This document shows positions 37,500 to 46,884 of a stretch of DNA of 64,000 nt, piece after piece. The notes below the pieces were generated by a model. It had not been told where the DNA came from. It did no database searches and was given only the letters and a program-made list of their open reading frames with translations. This stretch comes from a virus. Location of the stretch: the IMG/VR virus record IMGVR_UViG_3300036770_001972, positions 38,229-102,228 of that record, one strand, 5' to 3'. The position numbers were made by a program, and so were the translations under genes. Numbering within the stretch: the stretch's first letter is position 1; every line of letters begins with the position of its first letter.

Positions 37500-37528
37500 A
37501 GTATAGACCACGATCCCTGCCGTGTCAA
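37500..37528 (-). promoter_or_regulatory. sigma70-type early promoter
   Basis: TTGACA-N17-TATACT followed by TGTCACAATCGT. Confidence 0.85.
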
Positions 37529-37563
37529 GTCCTGAGTGCTAAATAAGGGTGAGGTACAACATC

Positions 37564-38001
37564 ATGCCAACCACCCTGACCATTCCCGAAGTACTGAAGA
37601 AAATCTCGCAAAACTCTAAGAGCCGTGAAGACACGATCCGTCTTCTTCGTGAGAACGGAACCCACACGCTGAAGCAGTTGCTTCACTATGCGTTCTTTGA
37701 TAACGCAAAGTGGTACCGATCCGATCTCCCTCCGTACACGCCCGATCAGGCACCCGAAGGCTTGACCATGTCGAGCCTGTTTCAGGAAGCCAAGCGGATG
37801 TACATCTTCAAAGAGTCCTATAACCTCCCCAAGGAGCGGAAGGACATCCTGCTCATTCAGATCCTTGAGTCTGTTCACCCCGATGAGGCAAAACTGATCA
37901 AGGAACTGTTGGGCGGCACCTTTGGGTACGGATACGGATTGTCCAAGCCGATGGTTCAAGAGGCGTTCCCCGACATTGCTAATGTTGTGGTTGCTTCCTG
38001 A
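37564..38001 (+). CDS. conserved T4-like phage protein (DUF6433-like)
   Basis: IPEVLKK..LKQLLHYAF..PPY..LFQEAKRMYIF..LIQILESVHPDEAKLI; late promoter CTAAATA at 37539-37545 and GAGG SD. Confidence 0.7.
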   Translation: MPTTLTIPEVLKKISQNSKSREDTIRLLRENGTHTLKQLLHYAFFDNAKWYRSDLPPYTPDQAPEGLTMSSLFQEAKRMYIFKESYNLPKERKDILLIQILESVHPDEAKLIKELLGGTFGYGYGLSKPMVQEAFPDIANVVVAS

Positions 38002-38527
38002 GAGCATACCGCGCAAGGAAGTACGAGTCAACTATGTCTGAGACAGGACTTCCACAGTCCTTGCTCTCCTTATCCATGGACTTCATGAGATCGATTCCCG
38101 TCTGATCCCTGAAAGCCGCATGCATGATGCACTTGTCTGCGTTGCCCTTTCCTGCCGCGAACTTCTTCAAGGCTGTCGGTGCAACGGTTTCAAATCGAAT
38201 CCCGCTCTTCCATAACTTGTGCTTGAGCATCCCGCAGTTCTCTCCGATATGAAAGACCTTTCCCTTAGCCCCCATTGCATAGTCCTCTATGACGAGAGCG
38301 TCAGCATCGACTCTGCACTTGGAGACAGCCCATTCAGAAATGAGATCGTATCTTTGCTCGGGACAGAGGTAGTCGGGGTAGACATCCCCGACACATGTCA
38401 GCATTCCAAAAGTATGCATGACCTGATTGCGCTTGACCGATGTGAGAAACCAACAAGTGGCTGTCTCTCCGTCAATCAGAGTGATTGCGGGTGAGGTCAT
38501 GGAGTAGTCAATACCTAAGACTTTCAC
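37979..38527 (-). CDS. RuvC-like Holliday junction resolvase
   Basis: VLGIDYSMTSP, VIEDY, PTALKKFAAGKGNADK and DIVDSY; probable GTG start at 38527 (alternative ATG 38548). Confidence 0.8.
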   Translation of the reverse strand: MKVLGIDYSMTSPAITLIDGETATCWFLTSVKRNQVMHTFGMLTCVGDVYPDYLCPEQRYDLISEWAVSKCRVDADALVIEDYAMGAKGKVFHIGENCGMLKHKLWKSGIRFETVAPTALKKFAAGKGNADKCIMHAAFRDQTGIDLMKSMDKESKDCGSPVSDIVDSYFLARYALRKQPQH

Positions 38528-38538
38528 ACAAGTATCTA

Positions 38539-38566
38539 TTGCTTCCATTCAATCCTGTGCTAGAAT
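38539..38566 (+). promoter_or_regulatory. sigma70-type promoter for uvsY (extended -10)
   Basis: TTGCTT-N16-TAGAAT with TGn; the ATG follows 7 nt later with no SD. Confidence 0.6.
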
Positions 38567-38573
38567 TCCCGCA

Positions 38574-39011
38574 ATGAACATCGAACGAATCAAGGAAATG
38601 GTCGAAACTGACCTGAAGATCGACGGAACCGAACTCGGTGACGAATCGATCCGTATCCCGCAACTGCACGGCAAGTACCTCAACATCTACCACGATGAGT
38701 GCTTGGTGCTTCGAAAGTTGGATGCCGACTACAACCTACTTCGAAAGAAGAAGTGGGAGTACTACAACGGCAAGTTGTCGCAGCAGGAACTGGATCAACT
38801 TGGATGGGAGCCGTTTGGTCATCGCATTCTGCGACAGGACATGGACACCTACATGGATGCCGATGAAGACTTGGTTCGCGTTCGCTCCAAGATCGACCTA
38901 CAGAAGGCAAAGGTTGAGTACTTGGACAGCATCATCAAGGGCATCAACAACCGCCAATGGGTGATCCGCAACGCGATTGAGTGGCGAAAGTTCATGAGCG
39001 GGGTGACCTAA
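38574..39011 (+). CDS. uvsY: recombination mediator UvsY
   Basis: DLKID..ESIRIPQLHGKYL..KWEYYNGK..YMDADED..INNRQWVIRNAIEWRKF. Confidence 0.92.
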   Translation: MNIERIKEMVETDLKIDGTELGDESIRIPQLHGKYLNIYHDECLVLRKLDADYNLLRKKKWEYYNGKLSQQELDQLGWEPFGHRILRQDMDTYMDADEDLVRVRSKIDLQKAKVEYLDSIIKGINNRQWVIRNAIEWRKFMSGVT

Positions 39012-39020
39012 ATACCTTGA

Positions 39021-40562
39021 ATGAGCGTGATTGAAGTTCGTAGCATGAATACCGCCTATCTTCGTATCATTGCGGAGAACGGCGTTGCATACGAACTTCA
39101 AGACTACTTCACATTCGAAGTCCCAGGGGCAAAGTACACACCCGCGTACAAGCGGCGTGTATGGGACGGCAAGATACGGCTATTCAACGCATACTCGGGT
39201 CTCCTTCCCTCGGGACTCATGGACTATCTTGCGACCTTTGCCAAGGATCGCGGTTATGAGTTGCGGGTCGATTCTTCAGTAGCCCAACCCGAAATAAAGT
39301 TCGATTGCGACAAGGTTCGGGAGTTCATCAAGGCTCTGAATCCCACCGCCGATGGAAAGCCGCTGGAACCCCACGACCACCAAGTCGATGCGGTCTGTCA
39401 TGCTCTTAACCAATCGCGGTGTGTCTTGCTTTCTCCTACGGCTAGCGGAAAGAGTCTTGCCATCTATTCCATGGTGCGCTATTACCAAAACGCCATCGCA
39501 CCAAATAAGAAGATACTGATCATCGTTCCTACCATTTCGTTGGTCGCCCAGTTGTATTCCGACTTCAAGGATTACTCGGGAACCACGAATTGGAATGCCG
39601 ACAAGAACTGCCACCGTATCGTTGGCGGCGAGGCAAAGTTGACCGATAAGCAGATCGTCATCTCCACATGGCAGAGCATCTACAAGTTGCCTCGCGCATG
39701 GTTCGATAACTTTGAGGTGGTCATCGGGGATGAGGCACACCTGTTCAAGGCGCAGAGTCTGAACACGATCATGAACAAGTTGATCGACTGCCCATATCGA
39801 ATCGCACTCACGGGAACCTTGGACGGCAGCAAGATTCACAAGTTGGCTATCGAAGGTCTTTTCGGCCCAGTTCACCGCGTCATCACGACCAAGGAACTGA
39901 TGGAGAGAAACCTCCTGACCAATCTACGAATTGAATGCCTAATGCTCCGATACCCACCTGAGATCCGAAAGGGTGTCTGTGGATTGGACTATCACAGCGA
40001 GATTGAGTGGTTGGTCAACTGTGAGAAGAGAAACGAGTTCATCGCTTTCTTGGCTTCTGCTACCCGTGGCAATACACTTGTCCTGTTCAACTATGTCGAG
40101 AAGCATGGAAAGCCTTTGTATGAGTTGATCAAGAAGACGGCAACGACTGTCATTGAAGGCAGAAAGGTCTTCTTTGTTGCAGGAGAGACCGAACTTGAGC
40201 AGCGAGAGGGAATTAGATCCATCGTTGAGAAGGAAGAGAATGCAATCATCGTTGCCTCATATGGAACCTTCTCAACTGGAATTAACATTCGAAGCCTGAA
40301 GAATGTGATCTTCGCTAGCCCATCCAAGAGCCGTATTCGTATTCTTCAAAGCATCGGTCGCCAACTCCGCAAGTGTGAAGGAAAGCACATCGCAAAGTTG
40401 TATGACATTGCCGACGATCTTCACCACGGAGACAACTTGAACTACACGCTACAGCACTTCCTGAAGCGCGTGAAGATCTACGAGTCGGAACAGTTCCGAT
40501 ACAAGTTGGTCAAACTTCCAATTGAGATGAAGATACAGAGACCAAAGGAGGGATCCAAATGA
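39021..40562 (+). CDS. uvsW: DNA helicase UvsW
   Basis: FTFEVPGAKY..WDGKIRLF, SPTASGKS, GDEAH, ASYGTFSTGINI and LQSIGRQLR; late promoter CTAAATA at 39008-39014. Confidence 0.96.
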   Translation: MSVIEVRSMNTAYLRIIAENGVAYELQDYFTFEVPGAKYTPAYKRRVWDGKIRLFNAYSGLLPSGLMDYLATFAKDRGYELRVDSSVAQPEIKFDCDKVREFIKALNPTADGKPLEPHDHQVDAVCHALNQSRCVLLSPTASGKSLAIYSMVRYYQNAIAPNKKILIIVPTISLVAQLYSDFKDYSGTTNWNADKNCHRIVGGEAKLTDKQIVISTWQSIYKLPRAWFDNFEVVIGDEAHLFKAQSLNTIMNKLIDCPYRIALTGTLDGSKIHKLAIEGLFGPVHRVITTKELMERNLLTNLRIECLMLRYPPEIRKGVCGLDYHSEIEWLVNCEKRNEFIAFLASATRGNTLVLFNYVEKHGKPLYELIKKTATTVIEGRKVFFVAGETELEQREGIRSIVEKEENAIIVASYGTFSTGINIRSLKNVIFASPSKSRIRILQSIGRQLRKCEGKHIAKLYDIADDLHHGDNLNYTLQHFLKRVKIYESEQFRYKLVKLPIEMKIQRPKEGSK

Positions 40563-41008
40563 CTCAGTATTACCCGATCAAACTGATCAGAATGATGTCG
40601 GGGGAAGTGATCGTTGCGGGGATCGCCAATGGAGGGAACGATTCCTACATCTTTGAGAAGCCGATGGTACTGGTGGCTGTTGCTCTCCCGAATCAAAAGC
40701 CAAACATGCCGCAGGAAGTCACAGTCATGCTGAGGGATTGGATGGAGTTCAGCGACGATGTGTACTACATCATTCCAAAGAAGGCTGTCATGTGCATCAT
40801 GAAGCCCAACAAGGACATAGTGGCTGACTACACTCAGGCGAAGATTCAGTCTGACATCATGAGCGACATGATTGAGAACGGCATGGTCGGTGGCAACAAG
40901 ACCGTTGAGGATCTAGAGAAAGAATCTGATGACGATGAGGATGATGCTGAGTTCGAAGAGGGGCACGACGAGTTCCCTGGTTGGGGCGGCGATCCTCGGC
41001 TCGGCTAG
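40559..41008 (+). CDS. conserved phage protein with Sm-like N-terminus and acidic tail
   Basis: IKLIRMMSGEVIVA..PMVL..LRDWM; the usual uvsW-gp55 intervening gene. Confidence 0.7.
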   Translation: MTQYYPIKLIRMMSGEVIVAGIANGGNDSYIFEKPMVLVAVALPNQKPNMPQEVTVMLRDWMEFSDDVYYIIPKKAVMCIMKPNKDIVADYTQAKIQSDIMSDMIENGMVGGNKTVEDLEKESDDDEDDAEFEEGHDEFPGWGGDPRLG

Positions 41009-41079
41009 GTACTTTAGGGTACTAGAAGTACTCTATGTACTCTCTAAAGAGGTTACTTAAGTAGTACTCTATAGGTACT
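41009..41079. repeat. degenerate tandem array with GTACT core
   Basis: GTACT at 41009, 41019, 41028, 41037, 41064 and 41075, plus GTTACT at 41052, in non-coding DNA. Confidence 0.8.
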
Positions 41080-41173
41080 ATTGTCCTCTTGAACCTCAAG
41101 AGTATCTAGTAGCGGGAACGAGTAAATTGCCTTTGATTCCGTGAAGTGAGTAAAGATTCTGCTGACAATGTTC

Positions 41174-41202
41174 TTTACTCCAACAGAAGTCGGTGTTATA
41201 GT
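41174..41202 (+). promoter_or_regulatory. sigma70-type promoter for gp55
   Basis: TTTACT-N17-TATAGT with TGn extended -10; GGAG SD before the ATG. Confidence 0.65.
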
Positions 41203-41225
41203 TCTCCCAACAACATGGAGAGAGA

Positions 41226-41804
41226 ATGACCAAGAAAAGAGCAGGAAACCATTACATTGATAACGAACGGTTCCTAGAGGAACTGGTTACACACAAGAAG
41301 GCTGTTGCCAAGGCGAAGAAGGCAGGGACAAAGCCACCTGGTGTGAGCAACTACATCGGACAATGCTTTCTCGACATCGCAAACAACTTGGCGAAGAAGC
41401 CGAACTTTGCGAACTACACCTACAAGGACGAGATGGTATCGGATTCGGTTGAGAACTGCATCATGTATGCAACCAACTTCGATCCGAACAAGTCTCGCAA
41501 TCCGTTCGCTTTCTTCACGCAGATCATCTACTACGCCTTCCTCAGGCGCATTCAGAAAGAGAAGAAGCAACTCTACATCAAGATGAAGTGCTTTGAGGAG
41601 AACGATCCGACAGGTCGTTTCCGAAACTGGATGGAAGAAGAGCATTCGAAGTTTGAGGATGGGAATCAAAGCCCATACGCCGAATTCATCAGCGACAGCA
41701 GCCTCTCATCCGAATCCCTGAAGCCCAAGAAAAAGAAGAAGCGCAAGCGCAAGGTATCCAAGGAGCCAAAGCACACGCTAGATGATGTGATGGAAGATCT
41801 ATGA
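41226..41804 (+). CDS. gp55: late-transcription sigma factor gp55
   Basis: HYIDNERFL..NYIGQCFLDIANNL..PNFANYTYKDEMVSDSVENC..NFDPNKSRNPFAFFTQIIYYAFLRRIQKEKKQ. Confidence 0.97.
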   Translation: MTKKRAGNHYIDNERFLEELVTHKKAVAKAKKAGTKPPGVSNYIGQCFLDIANNLAKKPNFANYTYKDEMVSDSVENCIMYATNFDPNKSRNPFAFFTQIIYYAFLRRIQKEKKQLYIKMKCFEENDPTGRFRNWMEEEHSKFEDGNQSPYAEFISDSSLSSESLKPKKKKKRKRKVSKEPKHTLDDVMEDL

Positions 41805-42844
41805 TTGCAATCATCAACGACACTCACTTTGGTGCCCGAAACGACAGCCCGATCTTCCTTGAACACTTCATGGAGTTTTGGGAGAAGGTCTTCTTCCCGA
41901 CCCTAGAAGATCGGGGAATCAAGCGGATCATTCACTTGGGCGACTTTCTTGATCGCCGCAAGTTTGTGAACTTCCATACACTCCATCAGGTTCGAACTCG
42001 GTTCTTGGAGCCGCTGAAGAACATGGGCGTTGAGATGGACATCACATTGGGCAACCATGATGTCTTCTTCAAGAACACCAATCGACTGAACTCGGTCATT
42101 GAACTGTTCCGCAACTACCCGAACATTCGCATCCATGAGCAACCCACGGTGCTTGACTTGGGTGAAACAAAGATTGGATTGGTACCATGGATCACCAAGG
42201 ACAACTCAGAGGAGTGCCTGAAGTTCATCGCGTCCGCGCCCGTGCGCGTACTCATGGGACACTTTGAAGTGAGCGGCTACGAGGTTCTTCGCGGTGTCGA
42301 ACATCACGATGGCATGGATCCCGCCCTGTTCAAGAGTTATGAGGCGGTATACAGCGGTCACTTTCATTGCCGTCACAGCAGGGCAAACATTCACTACTTG
42401 GGCACCCAGTATCAGATGACATTTGCCGACCTGAACGAGCGAAAGGGGTTCAGCGTCTTCCACCCGCGCACGGGCGAGATGGAGTTCATTGAGAACCCCA
42501 TTCAGATCTTCCAACAGTTGGAGTATGACGATACCAAGGAAGACTACAACATCCTGAACTGCAAGCCCTATCGCAATACATTCGTTCGAATCTTGGTCAA
42601 GAACAAGACTCGTCCGATCATGTTCGACAACCTGTTGGATCGGCTGAATGATGCCCCGACTCATTCGATCAGCATCACCGATCAGACCGAAAAGGAAATA
42701 AACAACAAGACGGATGTGGTGGACATGTCCAAAGATACCCTGAGTTTGATCTGCGACGAGATCGACACCATTCAGGGGGTTCAGGATCCTGTTCGTCTGA
42801 AGACCCTGATTCGGGAGATTTACAGCGAGTCGCTGCAAGGCTAA
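41801..42844 (+). CDS. gp47: recombination endonuclease subunit gp47 (Mre11/SbcD-like)
   Basis: DTHFGAR, HLGDFLDRRK, GNHD, MGHFE and SGHFH phosphoesterase motifs. Confidence 0.95.
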   Translation: MIAIINDTHFGARNDSPIFLEHFMEFWEKVFFPTLEDRGIKRIIHLGDFLDRRKFVNFHTLHQVRTRFLEPLKNMGVEMDITLGNHDVFFKNTNRLNSVIELFRNYPNIRIHEQPTVLDLGETKIGLVPWITKDNSEECLKFIASAPVRVLMGHFEVSGYEVLRGVEHHDGMDPALFKSYEAVYSGHFHCRHSRANIHYLGTQYQMTFADLNERKGFSVFHPRTGEMEFIENPIQIFQQLEYDDTKEDYNILNCKPYRNTFVRILVKNKTRPIMFDNLLDRLNDAPTHSISITDQTEKEINNKTDVVDMSKDTLSLICDEIDTIQGVQDPVRLKTLIREIYSESLQG

Positions 42845-42854
42845 ATATGATGAA

Positions 42855-43073
42855 ATGCCTAAGCACTACGACACGCTGATTCGGGACATCAAGGAGTGGA
42901 GTACCGTTCCTACAAGCGGTAGTGGAGACACTACCCATGTGATGTCTCTTAGAACAGGGAAGGCAGACAAGGCGAAGAAGCCCTCTGTCAGGCAACTCAA
43001 GAACAAGTCCCCCACGCGAGTCGAAATAGGCAAACTAAAGAACGCAAACTGGAGTTCGGGGGGTATCACATGA
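42855..43073 (+). CDS. small basic hypothetical protein
   Basis: 72 aa; late promoter CTAAATA at 42841-42847; ATGA overlap with the next gene. Confidence 0.6.
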   Translation: MPKHYDTLIRDIKEWSTVPTSGSGDTTHVMSLRTGKADKAKKPSVRQLKNKSPTRVEIGKLKNANWSSGGIT

Positions 43074-44794
43074 TCTTCGGCAACGATTGCAAGGCAACCG
43101 TGATTGCAGCGGGGAACATGATGGGGTATGACATTTTCACAGGGAGTGATTTTGTCAAGCCATTCGTTGAGGGTGAGCAACTGCAACTTCTCTATCCACC
43201 CGATCATGGAAACAGCGGATCCAACTATCTGTTCGACTCTCACTTAGGCGCAACAGTTTTTGGAATCTTCTCGGGTGAGCGCGGTAGGCTCACTCTCTAC
43301 TATCCCGAAACAAAAGACATCGTAATCAATCCCGATGCTGTCTTCCCATATCAAAGCGAAATTGACATCATCACTCTACCGACATTCAATACAGGTCTTC
43401 GACCTTTCACGGATAGAGATATGACGAGTGACAATGGGGTCGATGCATTTCCATTGAAGGGGTCGATCATCGTTGGATCTCAAAGTGGAGCAAAGCGTTT
43501 CTATGCAGGCCCCTTCAAGGGGTTTACCAAGGAACTGGAGTGTATTTGTGAGGGTGGAACGGCAGTCAATGATTTGGACGGTATGGACTGCAAGGGAAAC
43601 CTAAAGGGATCTTACTACGAAAGCGGGTACTCCCCACAACTACACGATTTGTTCAATTATGCAGATCAGCCAAGAACAATAGTAGACATCAACACGCCGT
43701 TCAATACATTGTTCATGGCGAATACGCCATATCAAGGATTGGACTACACATCGATCAATGTGAGAAACAGGTTCAAGCGACCTGTGCCATACAGCATGTT
43801 CAGCGATAGTGGAAAGGGCGTATCAGCGGTAGTGATCTCCGATATGCATGCGATTGTTTCGGCAGAGGCAGATATAGACAATGAAAACCTTCGTTTCTAT
43901 TCGGGGGCAAGTGGATTCATCACTCCTACCGTTTCTTCTAGTGCGACAACCTTTAAGCAAATGTGGGACGCGATAGGGTTTGTTGACGAGAACAGCAGCG
44001 CAGAAACACTCGCCAAGTTCAATGAGATGAAATCATACTTCGATGACATCAAGATCATCAAGTTCAGTTCATCTTTGCCGAGCGACATCGGTCGAATGGA
44101 ACTAATCGACATCTATCAGAGCGATCCTGTTTTCTATGCATTGGCTATCGGTCAAGAAGGAAGAGGGCATCACGGCACATTCTGTCCACCGATCAGCAAC
44201 ACATTTGATCCTTCCATACTTCCCACTTTGCTTTTCAAGGGATCGGATGCATGCGTCCAAATGCCATCCATGTCATTGCATGAAATGGGAAATACGATAA
44301 GAACTACTGCTGTTGTAAGAGGTGATGTGGGTTCTCCTGTAATGACTTATTACCGTGACAAAGGTATTTTCTTGGGCTTTGTAACTGGTGCGGGATACAC
44401 ATACTACTCAGATACAAATAAAAGAACAGCATTTGCATCTATTCGTGGAATGGGTATTGGTTCGACAAAACCAATCACATTCCCATGGGGGACAACATGG
44501 ACTCCGTTTGCATTCTTGAATCAGTACCTTTCTAGTTCGGGTGTAAGCGCAAAGAATAGAGTGCTACAGAGAGAGTCCTCTGATACAAGCACAACATATC
44601 CATATCCATCCATTCCTTTTGGCACGGTTGTGCCGACAAGCACTTCGCGCCGAGCAAGCCTAGTCAACACAGATCCCCGTATTGGTGTCAAGTTCAGCGA
44701 AAGTGGAATCGAAAGATTTACAAACAGACCGTATTTGATACCTGAGAGAAACGATGAGATCGGAACGACTGTGTCTATAGACTTCACCGCGTGA
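43070..44794 (+). CDS. hypothetical protein containing a degenerate trypsin-like protease domain
   Basis: SAVVISDMHAIVSAEA / DIKIIKFSSSLP / RGDVGSPV..FLGF occur in trypsin motif order. Confidence 0.55.
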   Translation: MIFGNDCKATVIAAGNMMGYDIFTGSDFVKPFVEGEQLQLLYPPDHGNSGSNYLFDSHLGATVFGIFSGERGRLTLYYPETKDIVINPDAVFPYQSEIDIITLPTFNTGLRPFTDRDMTSDNGVDAFPLKGSIIVGSQSGAKRFYAGPFKGFTKELECICEGGTAVNDLDGMDCKGNLKGSYYESGYSPQLHDLFNYADQPRTIVDINTPFNTLFMANTPYQGLDYTSINVRNRFKRPVPYSMFSDSGKGVSAVVISDMHAIVSAEADIDNENLRFYSGASGFITPTVSSSATTFKQMWDAIGFVDENSSAETLAKFNEMKSYFDDIKIIKFSSSLPSDIGRMELIDIYQSDPVFYALAIGQEGRGHHGTFCPPISNTFDPSILPTLLFKGSDACVQMPSMSLHEMGNTIRTTAVVRGDVGSPVMTYYRDKGIFLGFVTGAGYTYYSDTNKRTAFASIRGMGIGSTKPITFPWGTTWTPFAFLNQYLSSSGVSAKNRVLQRESSDTSTTYPYPSIPFGTVVPTSTSRRASLVNTDPRIGVKFSESGIERFTNRPYLIPERNDEIGTTVSIDFTA

Positions 44795-44827
44795 AGCCTA
44801 CATACATGACACAAGGAGACTCACATC

Positions 44828-45154
44828 ATGAGCGAAGTGAAACTGTTTAGATTGAATTCGGGTGAAGAAGTAATCAGCAAGGTGTTGGAAAATCCGCAGA
44901 CTCACACTAAGTCTGCAACTTGGCTGATCAAGTCCCCCGCCATCATTCTTCCTGTCGGAAACGGCAAGTTGGGAATGGCACCGTGGCTTCCCTACTGCGA
45001 AACCGATAGCATGGAATTGCCCGAGAAGGCGGTTGCATTCGTTGCAACTCCAAAGACCCAGTTGGTCAATGACTATAACGAGAACTTCGGATCGGGTCTC
45101 GTCGTTCCCGACAAGACCGTGGAAGCACCGCCTCTTCGTCTGATTACCGAGTGA
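44828..45154 (+). CDS. conserved phage protein (Sm-like)
   Basis: VKLFRLNSGEEVIS..PAII..GMAPWLPY..LVNDYNENFGSGLVVP; AAGGAG SD. Confidence 0.75.
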   Translation: MSEVKLFRLNSGEEVISKVLENPQTHTKSATWLIKSPAIILPVGNGKLGMAPWLPYCETDSMELPEKAVAFVATPKTQLVNDYNENFGSGLVVPDKTVEAPPLRLITE

Positions 45155-46852
45155 TCAGAACGCCCTGCTGAAGTTGCCGCGCTTGGCAAACTGAATGCAG
45201 CGGTCGAACTTATCCTGAAGAACTTCCTTAGGCTTATGGCTAATCACGAAGGTGTTCGTACCGCCCTTCGAATTAGCCATAATGTCTAGGAAGGCTTCGA
45301 TTGCAGAGTCATCCAAACTACCATCCAAGACCTCGTCCAATACGAGAAGATTGGTGGTGATAGAGTTCTTCATCGAAGCAATCGACCGCCATGCAAACAG
45401 CAGGGCTAGGTCGATCTTCTTCTTTTCACCCTCGCTGAATGATGCATAGGTGAAGACATCGCGGTGACGCGACTTGATGGTTTCGTTGAACTCCTCGTCT
45501 AGGTGGAAGTTCACGAAGAAGTTCATCTGACCGAGATACTTGTTGATCGTGTCGTTGATCACAGGGACATAGTTCTTGATGATTCGACTCTTGATTCCCG
45601 AGTCTTTCAAGAGCGTTCCCGCAAGCGACAAATAGTGCTGCTCTTCGATCAGATCCTTCTTGTTCTCAATCGCCTCTTCCTCCGATGACAAAGCAGCAGA
45701 CAGATCCTCTAAGATGTTGCCAACTTTTGTGGGCTTCTTGGCGGTGATTGTCTTGATGTGCTTCTCCGTGGATTCGACCTCGTTCGTCTTCTTGACGATC
45801 ATGGAATTCAAGTCGCTGATTTCCATCATAACAACTTGAATGTTTTCGATCCTCGCTTCGGCAATATCAATCTCCTTTGAGAGATCGGCAATCGCCTTGT
45901 CCATCTCAGAGACCTTTGTTTTGCCCTTGTCGATTGCCTCCTGCTTGAACTCCTCAGCAATCTTCTGAGAGCATGTGGGGCAACTGTCGTTCTTTTCGTA
46001 GAACGATACCTCTTTGGTCAGAGATTGGATCTTCTTCTGTATCTGTGATTTCAACTGGCAGTACTTGCCGTGATTGGTAGATACCTTGTCGCTATCGGTG
46101 ATGGTGGAGGACAGTTCTTCGATACGATCATGACACTTCTTGATGATCTCTTTGGCTTCATCAATGGTCTTGTTCGCGGCTTCGACTTGCTCCGTTTCCC
46201 AAGCCTCATCCATCTCGCTGCGCTTCTTCTCATCCTCGCGCATGCGCTTGAGTACGCTCACGCGCTCACGCGCGACCGCGAGTGCGGAGTCCGCATGCTG
46301 CAACTCTTCCTTGTTCGCGCTGACTCGTTCCTTGAGGTGTGCATTCATGGATGAGAAGACACCGATGTCAAGGATACTTTCAACCACAGCCCTGCGCTCT
46401 GCCGCAGTAAGTCGCATGAACGGAATGTAGTTTGCAGAGCCAAGAATGACCACCTGACAGAATGACTTGTAATTCATTCCGAGGACGGTTTCCTCAAGCA
46501 TCTTCTGTCCGTCCCGAGACTTGGAGTCTTGGTCAAGTTGCTTGCCATCCTTCCAAATCTCAAAGACCTTGGGTGCCTGACCGCGAACTACCTTGTAATC
46601 CGCCTTACCGTCCGAGAACTCAATCTCAACCAACGACTCCTTCTCGTTCACCGAGGAGACCAGTTGCGGAAGATTGATGTTCCGATAAGGCTTGTTAAAC
46701 AGGACAAAGGTAAGAGCATCTAAAAGAGTACTCTTACCCGCCCCGTTTTCGCCCAAGATGAGGGTAGTGTCAGTCTTGTCGAACTGGATCTCCGTGAAGT
46801 TGTTTCCCGTGCTGAGAAAGTTCTTCCAACGGATCTTCTTGAACTTGATCAT
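45155..46852 (-). CDS. gp46: recombination endonuclease ATPase subunit gp46 (Rad50/SbcC-like)
   Basis: WKNFLSTGN, Walker A GENGAGKST, Zn hook CPTC, signature FSEGEKKK, Walker B LLVLDE and FVISH. Confidence 0.96.
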   Translation of the reverse strand: MIKFKKIRWKNFLSTGNNFTEIQFDKTDTTLILGENGAGKSTLLDALTFVLFNKPYRNINLPQLVSSVNEKESLVEIEFSDGKADYKVVRGQAPKVFEIWKDGKQLDQDSKSRDGQKMLEETVLGMNYKSFCQVVILGSANYIPFMRLTAAERRAVVESILDIGVFSSMNAHLKERVSANKEELQHADSALAVARERVSVLKRMREDEKKRSEMDEAWETEQVEAANKTIDEAKEIIKKCHDRIEELSSTITDSDKVSTNHGKYCQLKSQIQKKIQSLTKEVSFYEKNDSCPTCSQKIAEEFKQEAIDKGKTKVSEMDKAIADLSKEIDIAEARIENIQVVMMEISDLNSMIVKKTNEVESTEKHIKTITAKKPTKVGNILEDLSAALSSEEEAIENKKDLIEEQHYLSLAGTLLKDSGIKSRIIKNYVPVINDTINKYLGQMNFFVNFHLDEEFNETIKSRHRDVFTYASFSEGEKKKIDLALLFAWRSIASMKNSITTNLLVLDEVLDGSLDDSAIEAFLDIMANSKGGTNTFVISHKPKEVLQDKFDRCIQFAKRGNFSRAF

Positions 46853-46884
46853 CGTGGTGCATTCACTCCGATTAGCATTCCGAA

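Noticed and set aside
37008-37511. 167-aa version of the ORF
   Set aside because: Its 5' part overlaps the 70-aa gene and the promoter; the ATG at 37256 is the more plausible start.
41009-41079. Possible mini-CRISPR array
   Set aside because: The repeats are only 5-6 bp with 4-6 bp gaps, there is no repeat-spacer geometry, and no cas genes are present.
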